From an uncultured virus (IMG/VR IMGVR_UViG_3300029305_005420) (lineage: Duplodnaviria; Heunggongvirae; Uroviricota; Caudoviricetes), in the IMG/VR virus record IMGVR_UViG_3300029305_005420: a DNA stretch of 20,000 nucleotides; one strand, given 5' to 3'. The notes beneath the pieces are model-generated. The model was given only the letters and a program-made list of their open reading frames with translations. It was not told the DNA's origin and did no database searches. The translations under genes were made by a program, and so were the position numbers. This document shows, one piece after another, positions 1 to 9,505 of the stretch; positions within the stretch are counted from its first letter, which is position 1; each line of letters starts with the position of its first letter.

Positions 1-120
1 AACAAGCATCCTTGGAAAGCGGAAGTAACTGAAGGCGATGGTGTATCTGCAAGCATCATCTCTGGATGGTATTCGAAAGTATATGAGCCTACGGCTTCTA
101 CTAAAACAACGGAGGACTAA
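1..120 (+). CDS. Major tail protein, 3' end (partial; phi13-family-like)
   Basis: Frame 1 is open from base 1: NKHPWKAEVTEGDGVSASIISGWYSKVYEPTASTKTTED*, TAA at 118-120. The HPWKAEV...WY..VYEP ending is typical of this tail tube family, and it lies directly before the chaperone gene. Confidence 0.8.
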   Translation, partial: NKHPWKAEVTEGDGVSASIISGWYSKVYEPTASTKTTED

Positions 121-123
121 TCA

Positions 124-510
124 ATGAACGCTGATAGAAGTGCTGTTATTACAGTAGGCGGTGAGCAGTATACACTTATGCTCACTACCAAAGCAACAAA
201 GGAAATCGCAGGTCGCTATGGTGGTCTTGAGAACCTTGGTGAAAAACTTATGAAAACCGAGAACTTTGAAATGGCTCTTGGTGAAATTGTGTGGTTGATT
301 GTTCTTCTTGCAAATCAGTCAATCTTAATCCACAACCTTAAAAGCAAGGATGATAAGAAAGACCTTTTAACAGAAGAGGCAATTGAACTGCTCACTACTC
401 CTTACGAACTTGCTGAATATAAATCAGCAATTATGGAGGCCCTGTATAAAGGCACAAAGAGAAACATTGAAAGTGAGTTAACTGACTCAAAAAACGAGGT
501 AGTCGAGTAA
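124..510 (+). CDS. Tail assembly chaperone (gpG-like), 128 aa
   Basis: GGAGG RBS upstream, position between major tail and tape measure, slippery heptamer near the 3' end. Confidence 0.85.
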   Translation: MNADRSAVITVGGEQYTLMLTTKATKEIAGRYGGLENLGEKLMKTENFEMALGEIVWLIVLLANQSILIHNLKSKDDKKDLLTEEAIELLTTPYELAEYKSAIMEALYKGTKRNIESELTDSKNEVVE

Positions 511-698
511 GCGATGAAGAGTTGTTTACTCGACTTTTATATTACGGCACTACACACCTTGGCTTTTCTTTTGACGAGGTGTGGCTTATGCCATTTGGCT
601 TATTACTCGACCTATGGGAATGTCACAAGCAATATTTAGGTCACAGCAAACCTAAACAAGAGGTCTTTATTGATGACATTATCCCGGACGGAATTTAA
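489..698 (+). CDS. gpT-like extension of the tail chaperone, reached by -1 programmed frameshift (gpGT about 191 aa, 124..698)
   Basis: A AAA AAC at 489-495 is correctly phased (TCA AAA AAC). The -1 frame is open 495-698: RGSRVSDEELFTRLLYYGTTHLGFSFDEVWLMPFGLLLDLWECHKQYLGHSKPKQEVFIDDIIPDGI*, filling the gap to the tape measure RBS. Confidence 0.85.
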   Translation, partial: KKRGSRVSDEELFTRLLYYGTTHLGFSFDEVWLMPFGLLLDLWECHKQYLGHSKPKQEVFIDDIIPDGI

Positions 699-717
699 CA
701 AACGGAGGTGAGGTAAC

Positions 718-3204
718 ATGGCAGATAACTTCGGTCTGAAAATCGGACTTGAAGGTGAAAAGGAATTCAAAAGTGCCATAGCGGATATTAACCGTAATTT
801 CAAAGTACTTGGTTCTGAGATGAAATTGGCTACCTCTCAGTTTGCTAAAAATGACTCATCTGTTCAGGCTCTCACTGCCAAGAATCAGGTGCTTAATAAA
901 GAAATAGAAGCACAGAAAGAAAAGGTCTCTGTGCTTGAAAAAGCTCTCGCTAACTCTGCCGCCTCCTTCGGTGAAAACGATAAACGAACTCAGGCTTGGC
1001 AGATTCAGCTTAACAACGCTAATGCCACCTTAAACAAGATGGAGCGTGAGCTTGACGAAAACAATAAAGCATTAGATGCCGCCGAAAAAGGCTTTGATGA
1101 TACAGCTAAAGAGGTTGACGATTTAGGTGATGAGCTTAATCAAACTGACGGCAAATTCTCAAAGTTGGGAGGCACCGTTAAAAAGGTCGGTGCGGCTTTG
1201 GCGGCATCAATGGCGGCTATCGGTGCGGCGGCAGTAGCCGCAGGTAAAAAGGTATGGGATATGGCAAACGATACTGCTCAAGCCGGTGACGAAATCGATA
1301 AGGTTTCACAGCGACTCGGTTTAAGTGCCGAAGCCTATCAAGAATGGGACTATGTCCTCAGTCAGTCGGGTGTTGAAATCACCTCAATGACCACAGGTCT
1401 TAAAACCCTAACGAATCAGATTGACGATGCTAAAAACGGGAGTGCTCAGGCAGAGGAACGCTTCGCAAAGTTAGGACTTTCTATGAGTGACTTAAACAGT
1501 ATGTCACGAGAAGAAGTCTTTGAGGCAGTTATTGCCGGTATGCAGGGAATGTCCGATTCAACAGAAAGGGCGGCGTTGGCAAATGACCTCTTCGGTAAGA
1601 GTGGTCAGAACCTAACACCTTTGTTTAATCAGACAGCAGAGTCAACACAGGAACTTAAGGATGCCGCACACGAGCTCGGATTTGTAATGTCCGATGAGGC
1701 GGTAAAAGCATCTGCAGGTTTTCAGGATTCACTTGATACTTTATCCCGTACATTTACAGGTCTCAAAAACAATATGATGGGAGAACTCCTCCCCGGTTTC
1801 TCGTCTATTATGTATGGCTTGTCAGACCTTTTGGCAGGTAGTGATACAGCCGGTGAGCAAATCAAAGCCGGTATATCTTCTGTCATAGAAAGTTTTACAG
1901 CAATACTCCCTAAAATACTTGAATTGTTAAGTCTCTTATTGGCGGCGATTTTAGAAAATGCTCCTGCGATTATCAAGTCGTTAGCAGAGGGTATTTTAAC
2001 CGCCCTGCCTTCACTTGTTCCTGTAATTTTGCAGGTCGTTGGAGAGCTTGTAAATACACTTTTATCCCTGCTTCCTCAGATTTTGGAGGTAGGCCTTCAG
2101 ATAATTGTAGCTTTGATTCAGGGCATTGCGAGTGCTTTGCCGACTCTTATCCCACAGGTTGTTGAGATTATCGTTCAGCTCGTACAAACCCTTATCGATA
2201 ATCTTCCTATGGTTTTGGAAGCGGCTTTACAGCTTGTTTTAGCCTTGGTTGAGGGCATTTTAGGTGCTATCCCTATTTTAATTGAAGCTCTGCCTCAGCT
2301 TATAACAAGCATAATCGACTTTATTTTAGGGGCTATCCCTCAGATAATCGAAGCCGGCATACAGCTTTTTATGTCCCTGATTGGTGCCTTGCCGGAAATC
2401 ATTATGGGCATTGTAGAGGCTATTCCTCTTATCATTGAAGGTCTGTTGAATGCCATTTTAGAAAACCTGCCTTTGATAATCGAGTCAGGTATCGGCCTTC
2501 TTATGAGTTTGCTTGATGGTATTATTGAGGCCCTTCCTCAGCTCATTGGGTATATTCCGGTCATTATCAAAAAATTCCTCGATGCCATTTTGAACAACCT
2601 TCCTTTGATTATAAAAATGGGAATCACGATGATTGTAAGTTTGGCAAAAGGTCTTATACAGGCTATCCCACAGCTCGTTAAGAAAATCCCACAGCTTATT
2701 ACTTCCATTGTTAAGGCTCTGAAAAACGGTGTCAGCAAAATTGCCGAGGTTGGTTTGAACTTCGTAAAAGGTCTGTGGAGTGGTATCAGCGATGCCGCCG
2801 GATGGGTTATGGATAAAATTAAAGGCTTCGGTCAGAGCATCCTTAACGGCATCAAAGGTTTCTTTGGTATTCACTCGCCATCGACTGTATTTAAAAATCA
2901 GGTTGGTAAGAACTTAGCTTTAGGTGTTGGTGAAGGTTTTACATCTGCTATGAAGGGTGTAACCTCCGATATGGAGCACGCTATTCCTTCAGAATTCGAC
3001 ACCGATGTAATCGCTAATGTCACAAGCGGTGTAAGAGGTTCTATCCAAGACACGGGTTCACAAAGCGGTGTAGCTCCTATTCAGAACATCATTCAGTTTG
3101 GTGGTGTAACTATAAAGGACGACCTCGACATTGAATATGTGGCTCGTAAGATTTCAGACATTTTAACTCGTGACATCATGAACAAGGGAGGTGCTTTTGG
3201 TTAA
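718..3204 (+). CDS. Tail tape measure protein, 828 aa
   Basis: GGAGGTGAGG RBS, N-terminal coiled coil, Ala/Gly-rich segment, long amphipathic Pro-spaced repeats, C-terminal FFGIHSPS motif, canonical position. Confidence 0.95.
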   Translation: MADNFGLKIGLEGEKEFKSAIADINRNFKVLGSEMKLATSQFAKNDSSVQALTAKNQVLNKEIEAQKEKVSVLEKALANSAASFGENDKRTQAWQIQLNNANATLNKMERELDENNKALDAAEKGFDDTAKEVDDLGDELNQTDGKFSKLGGTVKKVGAALAASMAAIGAAAVAAGKKVWDMANDTAQAGDEIDKVSQRLGLSAEAYQEWDYVLSQSGVEITSMTTGLKTLTNQIDDAKNGSAQAEERFAKLGLSMSDLNSMSREEVFEAVIAGMQGMSDSTERAALANDLFGKSGQNLTPLFNQTAESTQELKDAAHELGFVMSDEAVKASAGFQDSLDTLSRTFTGLKNNMMGELLPGFSSIMYGLSDLLAGSDTAGEQIKAGISSVIESFTAILPKILELLSLLLAAILENAPAIIKSLAEGILTALPSLVPVILQVVGELVNTLLSLLPQILEVGLQIIVALIQGIASALPTLIPQVVEIIVQLVQTLIDNLPMVLEAALQLVLALVEGILGAIPILIEALPQLITSIIDFILGAIPQIIEAGIQLFMSLIGALPEIIMGIVEAIPLIIEGLLNAILENLPLIIESGIGLLMSLLDGIIEALPQLIGYIPVIIKKFLDAILNNLPLIIKMGITMIVSLAKGLIQAIPQLVKKIPQLITSIVKALKNGVSKIAEVGLNFVKGLWSGISDAAGWVMDKIKGFGQSILNGIKGFFGIHSPSTVFKNQVGKNLALGVGEGFTSAMKGVTSDMEHAIPSEFDTDVIANVTSGVRGSIQDTGSQSGVAPIQNIIQFGGVTIKDDLDIEYVARKISDILTRDIMNKGGAFG

Positions 3205-4001
3205 TGAAAGAGGACTTTAAGTTTGGTGACAGGTGGCTATCTCAGTTTGGCGGTGTAATCACACAATCTTCCCCAATTGATATAGCCACTCGCAACATCA
3301 CCCTCAAAGAAATTCCCGGCAGAAGCGGATGTGAATGTTTAGACAACGGCTTCTACAACAATGTGGAATTCTCAAGAAACATTGGTTTTATTAACAGAAA
3401 ATCTAACACACAGATTATGCCTGAGCTGTTGTTTATCGACTGGCTCGCATACAAACAAAACGGTTACTACGAGTTTGAAGATACTAATCATCCCGGCTTT
3501 ATAACCTATGCGGTACTTACAAACTTTGGTGAAATTCAAAAGCAGTTAAGGAGGATACACACCGCCACTCTTAACTTTAGTCGTGTGCCTTTTTGGTACT
3601 CTAAAACTGGCTTAATCCCGGTATCGACCGACAATCACGATACGATGATTTATTCAGGCATAAATCTTAACAATCCTTACCCGGAACCTGCAAAGCCCAT
3701 CATCAAAGTGAAAGTGTTTTCAGAAAGCACTACTATTGAAACCACCTCTTTTTCACTTGAATTCAATGGCAAAAGGTACTCCTTTTCTAAAATCCCATAC
3801 TCAAGCGTTTATGACACCTTGTATATCGATTGCGAAAAAGAACAAGCCTGTGTCATAAACGATAAAACTGGAGAGATATACAAGTATGTTGATGCTCCAA
3901 TACCTGCTCCTTTAGAACACGGCAACACAAACATCACCTTGGGGGGCAGATGGTCTAAATGGGCAGGGTTTGAAATCACACCACGATGGAGGCGATTGTA
4001 A
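3204..4001 (+). CDS. Distal tail protein (Dit-like), 265 aa
   Basis: TAATG-coupled to the tape measure gene; FKFG start and EITPRWRRL end are typical of Dit. Confidence 0.8.
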   Translation: MKEDFKFGDRWLSQFGGVITQSSPIDIATRNITLKEIPGRSGCECLDNGFYNNVEFSRNIGFINRKSNTQIMPELLFIDWLAYKQNGYYEFEDTNHPGFITYAVLTNFGEIQKQLRRIHTATLNFSRVPFWYSKTGLIPVSTDNHDTMIYSGINLNNPYPEPAKPIIKVKVFSESTTIETTSFSLEFNGKRYSFSKIPYSSVYDTLYIDCEKEQACVINDKTGEIYKYVDAPIPAPLEHGNTNITLGGRWSKWAGFEITPRWRRL

Positions 4002-5167
4002 TGCAACCTGCACTCTATGAGTCTGTAACTCCAACAGGTGGTGTGTTTTTAGGTCGCTTCTCAAGTTGCTTCTCTTGTGAGGTAAAAGAGGTTCGAAATG
4101 GAGAGTATTCTCTGTCTTTATCAACCACAACTAACGATGATATTGCTCCGTATATAACGGTGCAGAAATACATCAAGGTAAAACCCAACCCCCACGACAG
4201 CGAACAGTATTTCCGAATAACAAAGATTGAAAAGAACACAGATAACACCTATACCATTTATGCCCATCATATAAAAACAGAAGCCTGTAGCAATATCTCT
4301 ACCGGTGATGGTGGTTACCTTGAAGGTACTCCTGCAACAATTTATGCAGAGCTTGAAAACACATATTTAACAGAGACAGGCGACTCAAACTTATTTACCT
4401 TTACATCCGACATTACCGCTACTCAGAAGCTCACTTTAGGAGTTGCATCTCCTGCTTTATTTGGCAATATTCTCGCAGGTACTGACGGCTCTTTCGTTGA
4501 CCTATTCGGTGGTGAATACTACTACGATAATTTCAAAATCACCTTGTGTAAAAAGCGTGGCACAAAGCGTGACTACAAACTTAAATATGGGCAGAACATC
4601 TCTTCAGCAACCCAAACAGAATCCTCGGAAAACACATACTCTCGCATACTACCATATGCATCTTTGAAAGATATGGCTACCGGTGGTTCTGTTCTTTTGT
4701 ATGCACCGATTTATGAGATACCGGTACACGAGTGTGTGGGCATAAGAACTTACTTGCTCGATTGCACAGAAAAATTAAAAGAGATGGTTGTTTATGCCCA
4801 CAGAGTTTACCCAAATGAAAGCTCTGACAATCAAGGTCACGATGCAGGTGAAGGCTATGCTGAAGCAGAACAAGCTATGACAAACTATGCACAGCTTTAT
4901 GTAAAAAAGAACACCCTTGAAAACCTCGAAGTCAACATTGTTGTTAATGTTGAAAGTGAGCTCGCTCAAATGCAGGAGTTTGCTTTATGCGATGAGGTCA
5001 CAGTTGTTCTTGATAAATTCAACTCTACAACAACAGCCAAAATTACTGAGGTTGTATACGACTGTTTAAGCGGTCGATGGAAGAGCCTAACCGTTGGCAG
5101 TTCCAAGACCTCTCTTGCAGATATTATTTTAGATAAAAGGAGGTATATTCCTAATGCTTATCGATAA
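4001..5167 (+). CDS. Tail spike / Tal-like prophage endopeptidase-family protein, about 388 aa
   Basis: Start reassigned to ATG 4001 (GGAGG at 3988-3992, TAATG overlap with the Dit stop). Motifs CEVKEVRNGEYSL, QYFRI, FGGEYYYDNF, KYGQNI, LCDEVTV. Confidence 0.85.
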   Translation: MQPALYESVTPTGGVFLGRFSSCFSCEVKEVRNGEYSLSLSTTTNDDIAPYITVQKYIKVKPNPHDSEQYFRITKIEKNTDNTYTIYAHHIKTEACSNISTGDGGYLEGTPATIYAELENTYLTETGDSNLFTFTSDITATQKLTLGVASPALFGNILAGTDGSFVDLFGGEYYYDNFKITLCKKRGTKRDYKLKYGQNISSATQTESSENTYSRILPYASLKDMATGGSVLLYAPIYEIPVHECVGIRTYLLDCTEKLKEMVVYAHRVYPNESSDNQGHDAGEGYAEAEQAMTNYAQLYVKKNTLENLEVNIVVNVESELAQMQEFALCDEVTVVLDKFNSTTTAKITEVVYDCLSGRWKSLTVGSSKTSLADIILDKRRYIPNAYR

Positions 5168-6650
5168 AGAAATAACCATTGATGTAACCCAAGGACATCC
5201 GGTAGAAAATATCCGCTTTCATCAGGGTGATGAAAACAGCATAAGGTTAAAAATCACTCTTACAGACAAGAACGAAATTCTTGAAGTTTCAGGCTGTACT
5301 GTTTTATACAATGCCACAATAAACGGTTATTTGGTTGAAAGCGAAGCACATGGCTTTTCAAGCGGTACTGCCATATATGTGCCGGTCACACCCAATATGA
5401 CCGCCTTGAATGGACAGCTCAACATCGAGATTAAACTTGTTGAAACAGATGAAAATAACAATCAGGAAGTGTTATACACACGCAACCTTATAGCCTTAGT
5501 TGAACGCTCAATTATTGAGGGTGACTTGATGATTGACTTTTCAGGATTAACTATCGTTGACATTATCAAATCAAAACTCGATGATGCACCAAATGTAATT
5601 GCCTCAACACACCTTAAGGACAGCTCGGTCACAGCTTCAAAAATCGCTTCAAGTGCTGTTAGCTCCGCAAAAATCGCTTCTGGTGCAGTTACTGCCGCAA
5701 AGTTGGGTAGCTCATCTGTAACCTCCGCTAAAATTGCTACAAATGCGGTTACAAACGAAAAGCTCGCAGACGATGCTGTCGGTGAAAAGGAACTTCAAGA
5801 TGGTGCTGTAACTCCTAACAAACTGGCATCAAGTTCTGTAACAAGTGACAAAATATCCGGTCAAGCTGTAGGAACAACTAAAATTGCTAATGGTGCAATT
5901 ACAAATCAAAAGATGGCTACGAATGCCATAGCATACAGAAATCTCGATTCTATTTTACAGACTATGATTGATAGCAAAATACAGCTATTTAGATACGGCA
6001 CTGTAGCTTCGTGGGATGAATTTCCTATAGACCTTAATGATGATGCACTTTATTTCGTAGATACTTTTGCCGGTTCTATGGCTACAAATATCAATTATGG
6101 TAACTGTATTGGTTTTGCTAATACCAGCACCAACATTTTAATGATGCTCAACATAGCAACTGGTATATGGTGGCGTATAAGTGTCGTTAATCAAACATTT
6201 TCACAAGCAACAACTATACCGGCAAAAAAAGTAAGCATCGTTGATATAGATAATCATTATGAGAGTCTATCACTCGAAGATGCTCTTATTGAGATTGCAA
6301 CAAAGAAAGCCGATTTTGAAAGAGGGACTATTACAAAGGATAATGTGGCTTGGTATTCAGATAATCCTAACTGCCTTATTAGAGGCTACTATCAGCTTGC
6401 AGGTGACTACTGCACAATCACAGCAAATGCCGCACTCATTGATGGGTGGGGCGTTGTTTTTTATAGTCTTCCGGTGGCTTGTGTCAATGGTGTAGCTTCA
6501 ACAATCGCAATTGGTAAAAAGCATTACATTGTTTCAACGACTATGCTCTCAAACATATCAACAATTGAAATCAAAAGAATGGACGGCTCACTTATCGCAA
6601 CAGCAGACGACCCAACCATCGCATTTACACTAACCTACAAATACAGATAA
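5154..6650 (+). CDS. Baseplate upper protein / tail fibre (BppU-like N-terminus, 10-aa repeat shaft, putative receptor-binding C-terminus), 498 aa
   Basis: AGGAGG RBS, N-terminal QGDENSIRLKITL motif typical of BppU_N, about 12 [AS]VTxxK[IL]Axx repeats, position after Tal. Confidence 0.75.
   Translation: MLIDKEITIDVTQGHPVENIRFHQGDENSIRLKITLTDKNEILEVSGCTVLYNATINGYLVESEAHGFSSGTAIYVPVTPNMTALNGQLNIEIKLVETDENNNQEVLYTRNLIALVERSIIEGDLMIDFSGLTIVDIIKSKLDDAPNVIASTHLKDSSVTASKIASSAVSSAKIASGAVTAAKLGSSSVTSAKIATNAVTNEKLADDAVGEKELQDGAVTPNKLASSSVTSDKISGQAVGTTKIANGAITNQKMATNAIAYRNLDSILQTMIDSKIQLFRYGTVASWDEFPIDLNDDALYFVDTFAGSMATNINYGNCIGFANTSTNILMMLNIATGIWWRISVVNQTFSQATTIPAKKVSIVDIDNHYESLSLEDALIEIATKKADFERGTITKDNVAWYSDNPNCLIRGYYQLAGDYCTITANAALIDGWGVVFYSLPVACVNGVASTIAIGKKHYIVSTTMLSNISTIEIKRMDGSLIATADDPTIAFTLTYKYR
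5595..5954 (+). repeat. About 12 degenerate 30-bp (10-aa) coding repeats in the tail fibre shaft
   Basis: VIASTHLKDS/SVTASKIASS/AVSSAKIASG/AVTAAKLGSS/SVTSAKIATN/AVTNEKLADD/AVGEKELQDG/AVTPNKLASS/SVTSDKISGQ/AVGTTKIANG/AITNQKMATN/AIAYRNLDSI. Confidence 0.85.
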
Positions 6651-6661
6651 GGAGGATAACT

Positions 6662-6922
6662 ATGGCGGACATTAAAACCTATAACGAATACACCTTAACC
6701 GAGCTTACCAAAAACAGCGTTAACATTTTGATTCAGACCTTCGCTGATATTAACGGTCTTATAACAAAGGTCGGTGCAAAGCAGAGAATTTCTTGTGCTA
6801 ACTCCGAGCTTGGAAGACAAAAACTACCGGAGCTTATCCCCGAACAATATGCTCTTGCAGTTTTAGCTGTATGGGGTGACACACCTACCGTGCCTGACCC
6901 TGAACTACCGCAGGAGGAATAA
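6662..6922 (+). CDS. Hypothetical phage protein, 86 aa (possibly fibre-associated)
   Basis: Strong AAGGAGG RBS; fills the gap between fibre and lysis genes. Confidence 0.8.
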   Translation: MADIKTYNEYTLTELTKNSVNILIQTFADINGLITKVGAKQRISCANSELGRQKLPELIPEQYALAVLAVWGDTPTVPDPELPQEE

Positions 6923-6925
6923 GCA

Positions 6926-7405
6926 ATGGAACAATTACTCGGCAAATACTCTCTAACAGACATCATCGTTTTTCTCGTAATCTTAGTGCTTGCAGTTAAA
7001 GAGGCCTTGATTATTAAGGACTGGTTCAAAGAGAGATTATCAAAGTTCTCTCATAAACACTACACCAGTAAAAAAGAAGAGGATAAACTGCGAGAAGATA
7101 TAGAAGACCTAAATAAGTTCTATAACGAGAAAGAGGTTGTCGATAGAGGGTTTGAAAAAATAAATAGGCAAATTGAGATGCTCATTGAATCAGATCGAGA
7201 AGCAATCAAAGCATACATCACCGAGCAACATCACTTCTTTGTGTATGAGAAAGGTTGGATTGATGATTACTCCCTTGATTGCCTTGAAAAGAGGTACGGC
7301 ATTTACGAAAAAGAAAAGGGTAACACCTTTGTCTTAGGCCTTATGAATGAAATTCGAAATTTGCCGAAATTACCACCAAACGATGAAGAAAGGACAGATG
7401 CTTAA
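6926..7405 (+). CDS. Lysis-module membrane protein, 159 aa (one N-terminal TM helix plus coiled coil; holin-associated)
   Basis: AGGAGG RBS, hydrophobic [13 protein letters not shown]-terminal Y....GN...LP pattern seen in Firmicute phage pre-holin genes, TAATG-coupled to the holin. Confidence 0.7.
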   Translation: MEQLLGKYSLTDIIVFLVILVLAVKEALIIKDWFKERLSKFSHKHYTSKKEEDKLREDIEDLNKFYNEKEVVDRGFEKINRQIEMLIESDREAIKAYITEQHHFFVYEKGWIDDYSLDCLEKRYGIYEKEKGNTFVLGLMNEIRNLPKLPPNDEERTDA

Positions 7406-7617
7406 TGAAAGAAAAACTTTTAACTTGGGCGAAATGTGCCGGAATTAGAGCCATAAAAACGGTGGCTCAGACGGCAGTCGCAACTATCGGAGTGTCGGCA
7501 GTAATGAACGAGGTCAACTGGATTGCAGTTGGTTCGGCTTCATTGCTCGCCGGCATTTTATCTTTACTCACATCCATTGCAGGTTTACCTGAGATTACAA
7601 ACAACAAGGAGGTTTAA
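7405..7617 (+). CDS. Holin (phage r1t holin family), 70 aa
   Basis: [15 protein letters not shown]...V.W..V.S...LA.ILSLLTS.AGLPE signature, directly upstream of the endolysin. Confidence 0.9.
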   Translation: MKEKLLTWAKCAGIRAIKTVAQTAVATIGVSAVMNEVNWIAVGSASLLAGILSLLTSIAGLPEITNNKEV

Positions 7618-7619
7618 TT

Positions 7620-8483
7620 ATGGCATACACAAACAGTAAACTCGTAAACTACAAGAAAATTTCCCCTAACAGAAACAGTCCAAGAAACCACAAAATCGAC
7701 ACCATTTCTATCCATTGTGTTGTCGGTCAATGTTCAGCCGAGACCCTCGGTAACATTTTTGCAAGTCCCTCAAAACAGGCATCCTCAAACTACGGTGTAG
7801 ACAAGGATGGTAGAATCGGTCTCTATGTTGAAGAGAAAGACCGCAGTTGGTGTACATCTTCAGCTTCAAACGACAACAGAGCTATCACCATTGAGGTAGC
7901 TTCAGACACCTATCACCCTTACAAGGTAACCGACAAGGCTTACAAAGCACTCATCAAGTTGCTTGTTGATATCTGTAAGCGTAACGGCATCAAGAAGCTC
8001 CTGTGGAAAGGTGACAAGTCTCTCATCGGTCAGGTATCAAAGCAGAATATGACAGTTCACCGCTGGTTCGCAAACAAGTCCTGTCCCGGCGATTACCTTT
8101 ACAACCTGCACGGTCAGATTGCAAAAGAGGTAAACGCTCAGCTTGAGAAGAAGACCACTGCGACCACTACCACAACAACCACAAAGAAGCCTACAACGAC
8201 TACAACCACCAAAACCACCACAAAGAAGGCTACCGACCCGGCAAAGAGCTTCTCAAAGACTCTCGCAGGTACATATAAGGTTACCGCCGATGATGGCCTT
8301 AATGTGAGAAACGGTGCAAGTACAAAGAAGGCTGTAATGGTAGCAATCCCTAAGAACACAAAAGTACAGTGCTACGGCTACTACACCACAGCTTCTGGTG
8401 TTAAGTGGCTTTATGTACAGTTCACTTACAACAAGGTTACCTATACAGGTTTCTGCAGTTCTACTTATCTTAAAAAAGTTTAA
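7620..8483 (+). CDS. Endolysin: N-acetylmuramoyl-L-alanine amidase (Amidase_2) plus Thr/Lys linker and SH3b-like domain, 287 aa
   Basis: ISIHC, ASSNY, ITIEVA, HRWFANKSCPG zinc-amidase motifs; C-terminal YKVTADDGLNVRNGA SH3-like motif. Confidence 0.93.
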   Translation: MAYTNSKLVNYKKISPNRNSPRNHKIDTISIHCVVGQCSAETLGNIFASPSKQASSNYGVDKDGRIGLYVEEKDRSWCTSSASNDNRAITIEVASDTYHPYKVTDKAYKALIKLLVDICKRNGIKKLLWKGDKSLIGQVSKQNMTVHRWFANKSCPGDYLYNLHGQIAKEVNAQLEKKTTATTTTTTTKKPTTTTTTKTTTKKATDPAKSFSKTLAGTYKVTADDGLNVRNGASTKKAVMVAIPKNTKVQCYGYYTTASGVKWLYVQFTYNKVTYTGFCSSTYLKKV

Positions 8484-8494
8484 TATCTAACTTC

Positions 8495-8534
8495 GGCCCA
8501 TCGGGATTTATTTCTCGGTGGGCTTTCTTTTTTT
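8495..8534 (+). terminator. Intrinsic terminator of the late (tail/lysis) transcript
   Basis: Stem GGCCCATCGGGA (8495-8506) / TCTCGGTGGGCT (8513-8524) with G.U pairs, followed by TTCTTTTTTT, 11 nt after the endolysin stop. Confidence 0.85.
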
Positions 8535-8864
8535 GCCTTCAGAAAACCTCCGCCATACATATTCCGAAAAATGCTCCCAATTGTTAAAAACTTGACTGTA
8601 TACATCCACTTTCTTTCCACGCTCTTCTTTATATAAAAACAGAGGACTGATTTCAACTTCCCACTCGGCTTTACACCAATAGTAATATGTCAAGTCCCTT
8701 TTGAGTTCCTTCAAAAACTCCTCTTTATTGTCTTTATATTTTTTATAATTCTTCGTTATAGCTTCGTAAAACCGACCATGATTAAAGACATTATGAACCA
8801 CAATTTTACTTGAACTTGACTCGTTTATATACACATACCACTCTAAATTCAACTCGTTTTTCAT
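8508..8864 (-). CDS. Hypothetical protein, 118 aa (aromatic-rich phage-type protein)
   Basis: AGGAGG RBS on the minus strand (8872-8877); last gene of a three-gene minus-strand cassette. Confidence 0.8.
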   Translation of the reverse strand: MKNELNLEWYVYINESSSSKIVVHNVFNHGRFYEAITKNYKKYKDNKEEFLKELKRDLTYYYWCKAEWEVEISPLFLYKEERGKKVDVYSQVFNNWEHFSEYVWRRFSEGKKRKPTEK

Positions 8865-8875
8865 TACTAATCCTC

Positions 8876-9505
8876 CTAACCATCTGCAAATATATCATCA
8901 ATTATCAGGTCAAACTTTATCCTTTTATGTTCGCAAACATGCTTTGCTTCAGCATAAGTGTAGCACCTCCTAATGGGATGAAAAAACTGTGTTCTTGTCA
9001 CCCTCTGTCCCTCTTGGTTTTTCTCATAATTTAGGACGTGCGGATACCCCCACCCGTGCCGAATAAGTCTTTTGCTCATAGGTGCAAATTCGTCCTTGTA
9101 CGAGAGGTTTATAAACTCAACCTTAATACACAGATAATAGTTCCTATTGCTTGTGATGATTGCCTTTTCTACTTTTATTTTGTCAGCGTGCATTTCGTAG
9201 GGAAACCCATAGATATTTATGTGTACCCACTTCTTGTTTTTAAACCTCTGCTCTCCCATGTGGTGGAAGGTTACCGGAGTTAAAAACGGACACGGGTTGT
9301 ATGCCACATTATGAGTAACATTAACATCACCACTTTTGTATTTTTCAAAAGCCTCCACAACGCTTGTGTGGTTATCCTCTTGTTTTAGATTTTCAACAAA
9401 GGTAGCCACGTCATCAAGCGTTCCGAAGTAATGCTTTTTGCAGGAAATAAAACCCGGTGTAGCGTAGTTATCGAGAGTCAGAGCGTAATACTTCTGTGAA
9501 TTCAT
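8876..9505 (-). CDS. Hypothetical protein, 209 aa
   Basis: Long ORF, ATGA-coupled to the upstream phosphoesterase gene; no family recognised. Confidence 0.8.
   Translation of the reverse strand: MNSQKYYALTLDNYATPGFISCKKHYFGTLDDVATFVENLKQEDNHTSVVEAFEKYKSGDVNVTHNVAYNPCPFLTPVTFHHMGEQRFKNKKWVHINIYGFPYEMHADKIKVEKAIITSNRNYYLCIKVEFINLSYKDEFAPMSKRLIRHGWGYPHVLNYEKNQEGQRVTRTQFFHPIRRCYTYAEAKHVCEHKRIKFDLIIDDIFADG

Noticed and set aside
5154..6650. Diversity-generating retroelement target or shufflon in the tail fibre
   Set aside because: No reverse transcriptase, no template/variable repeat pair and no inverted alternative C-terminal cassettes are visible in the window.
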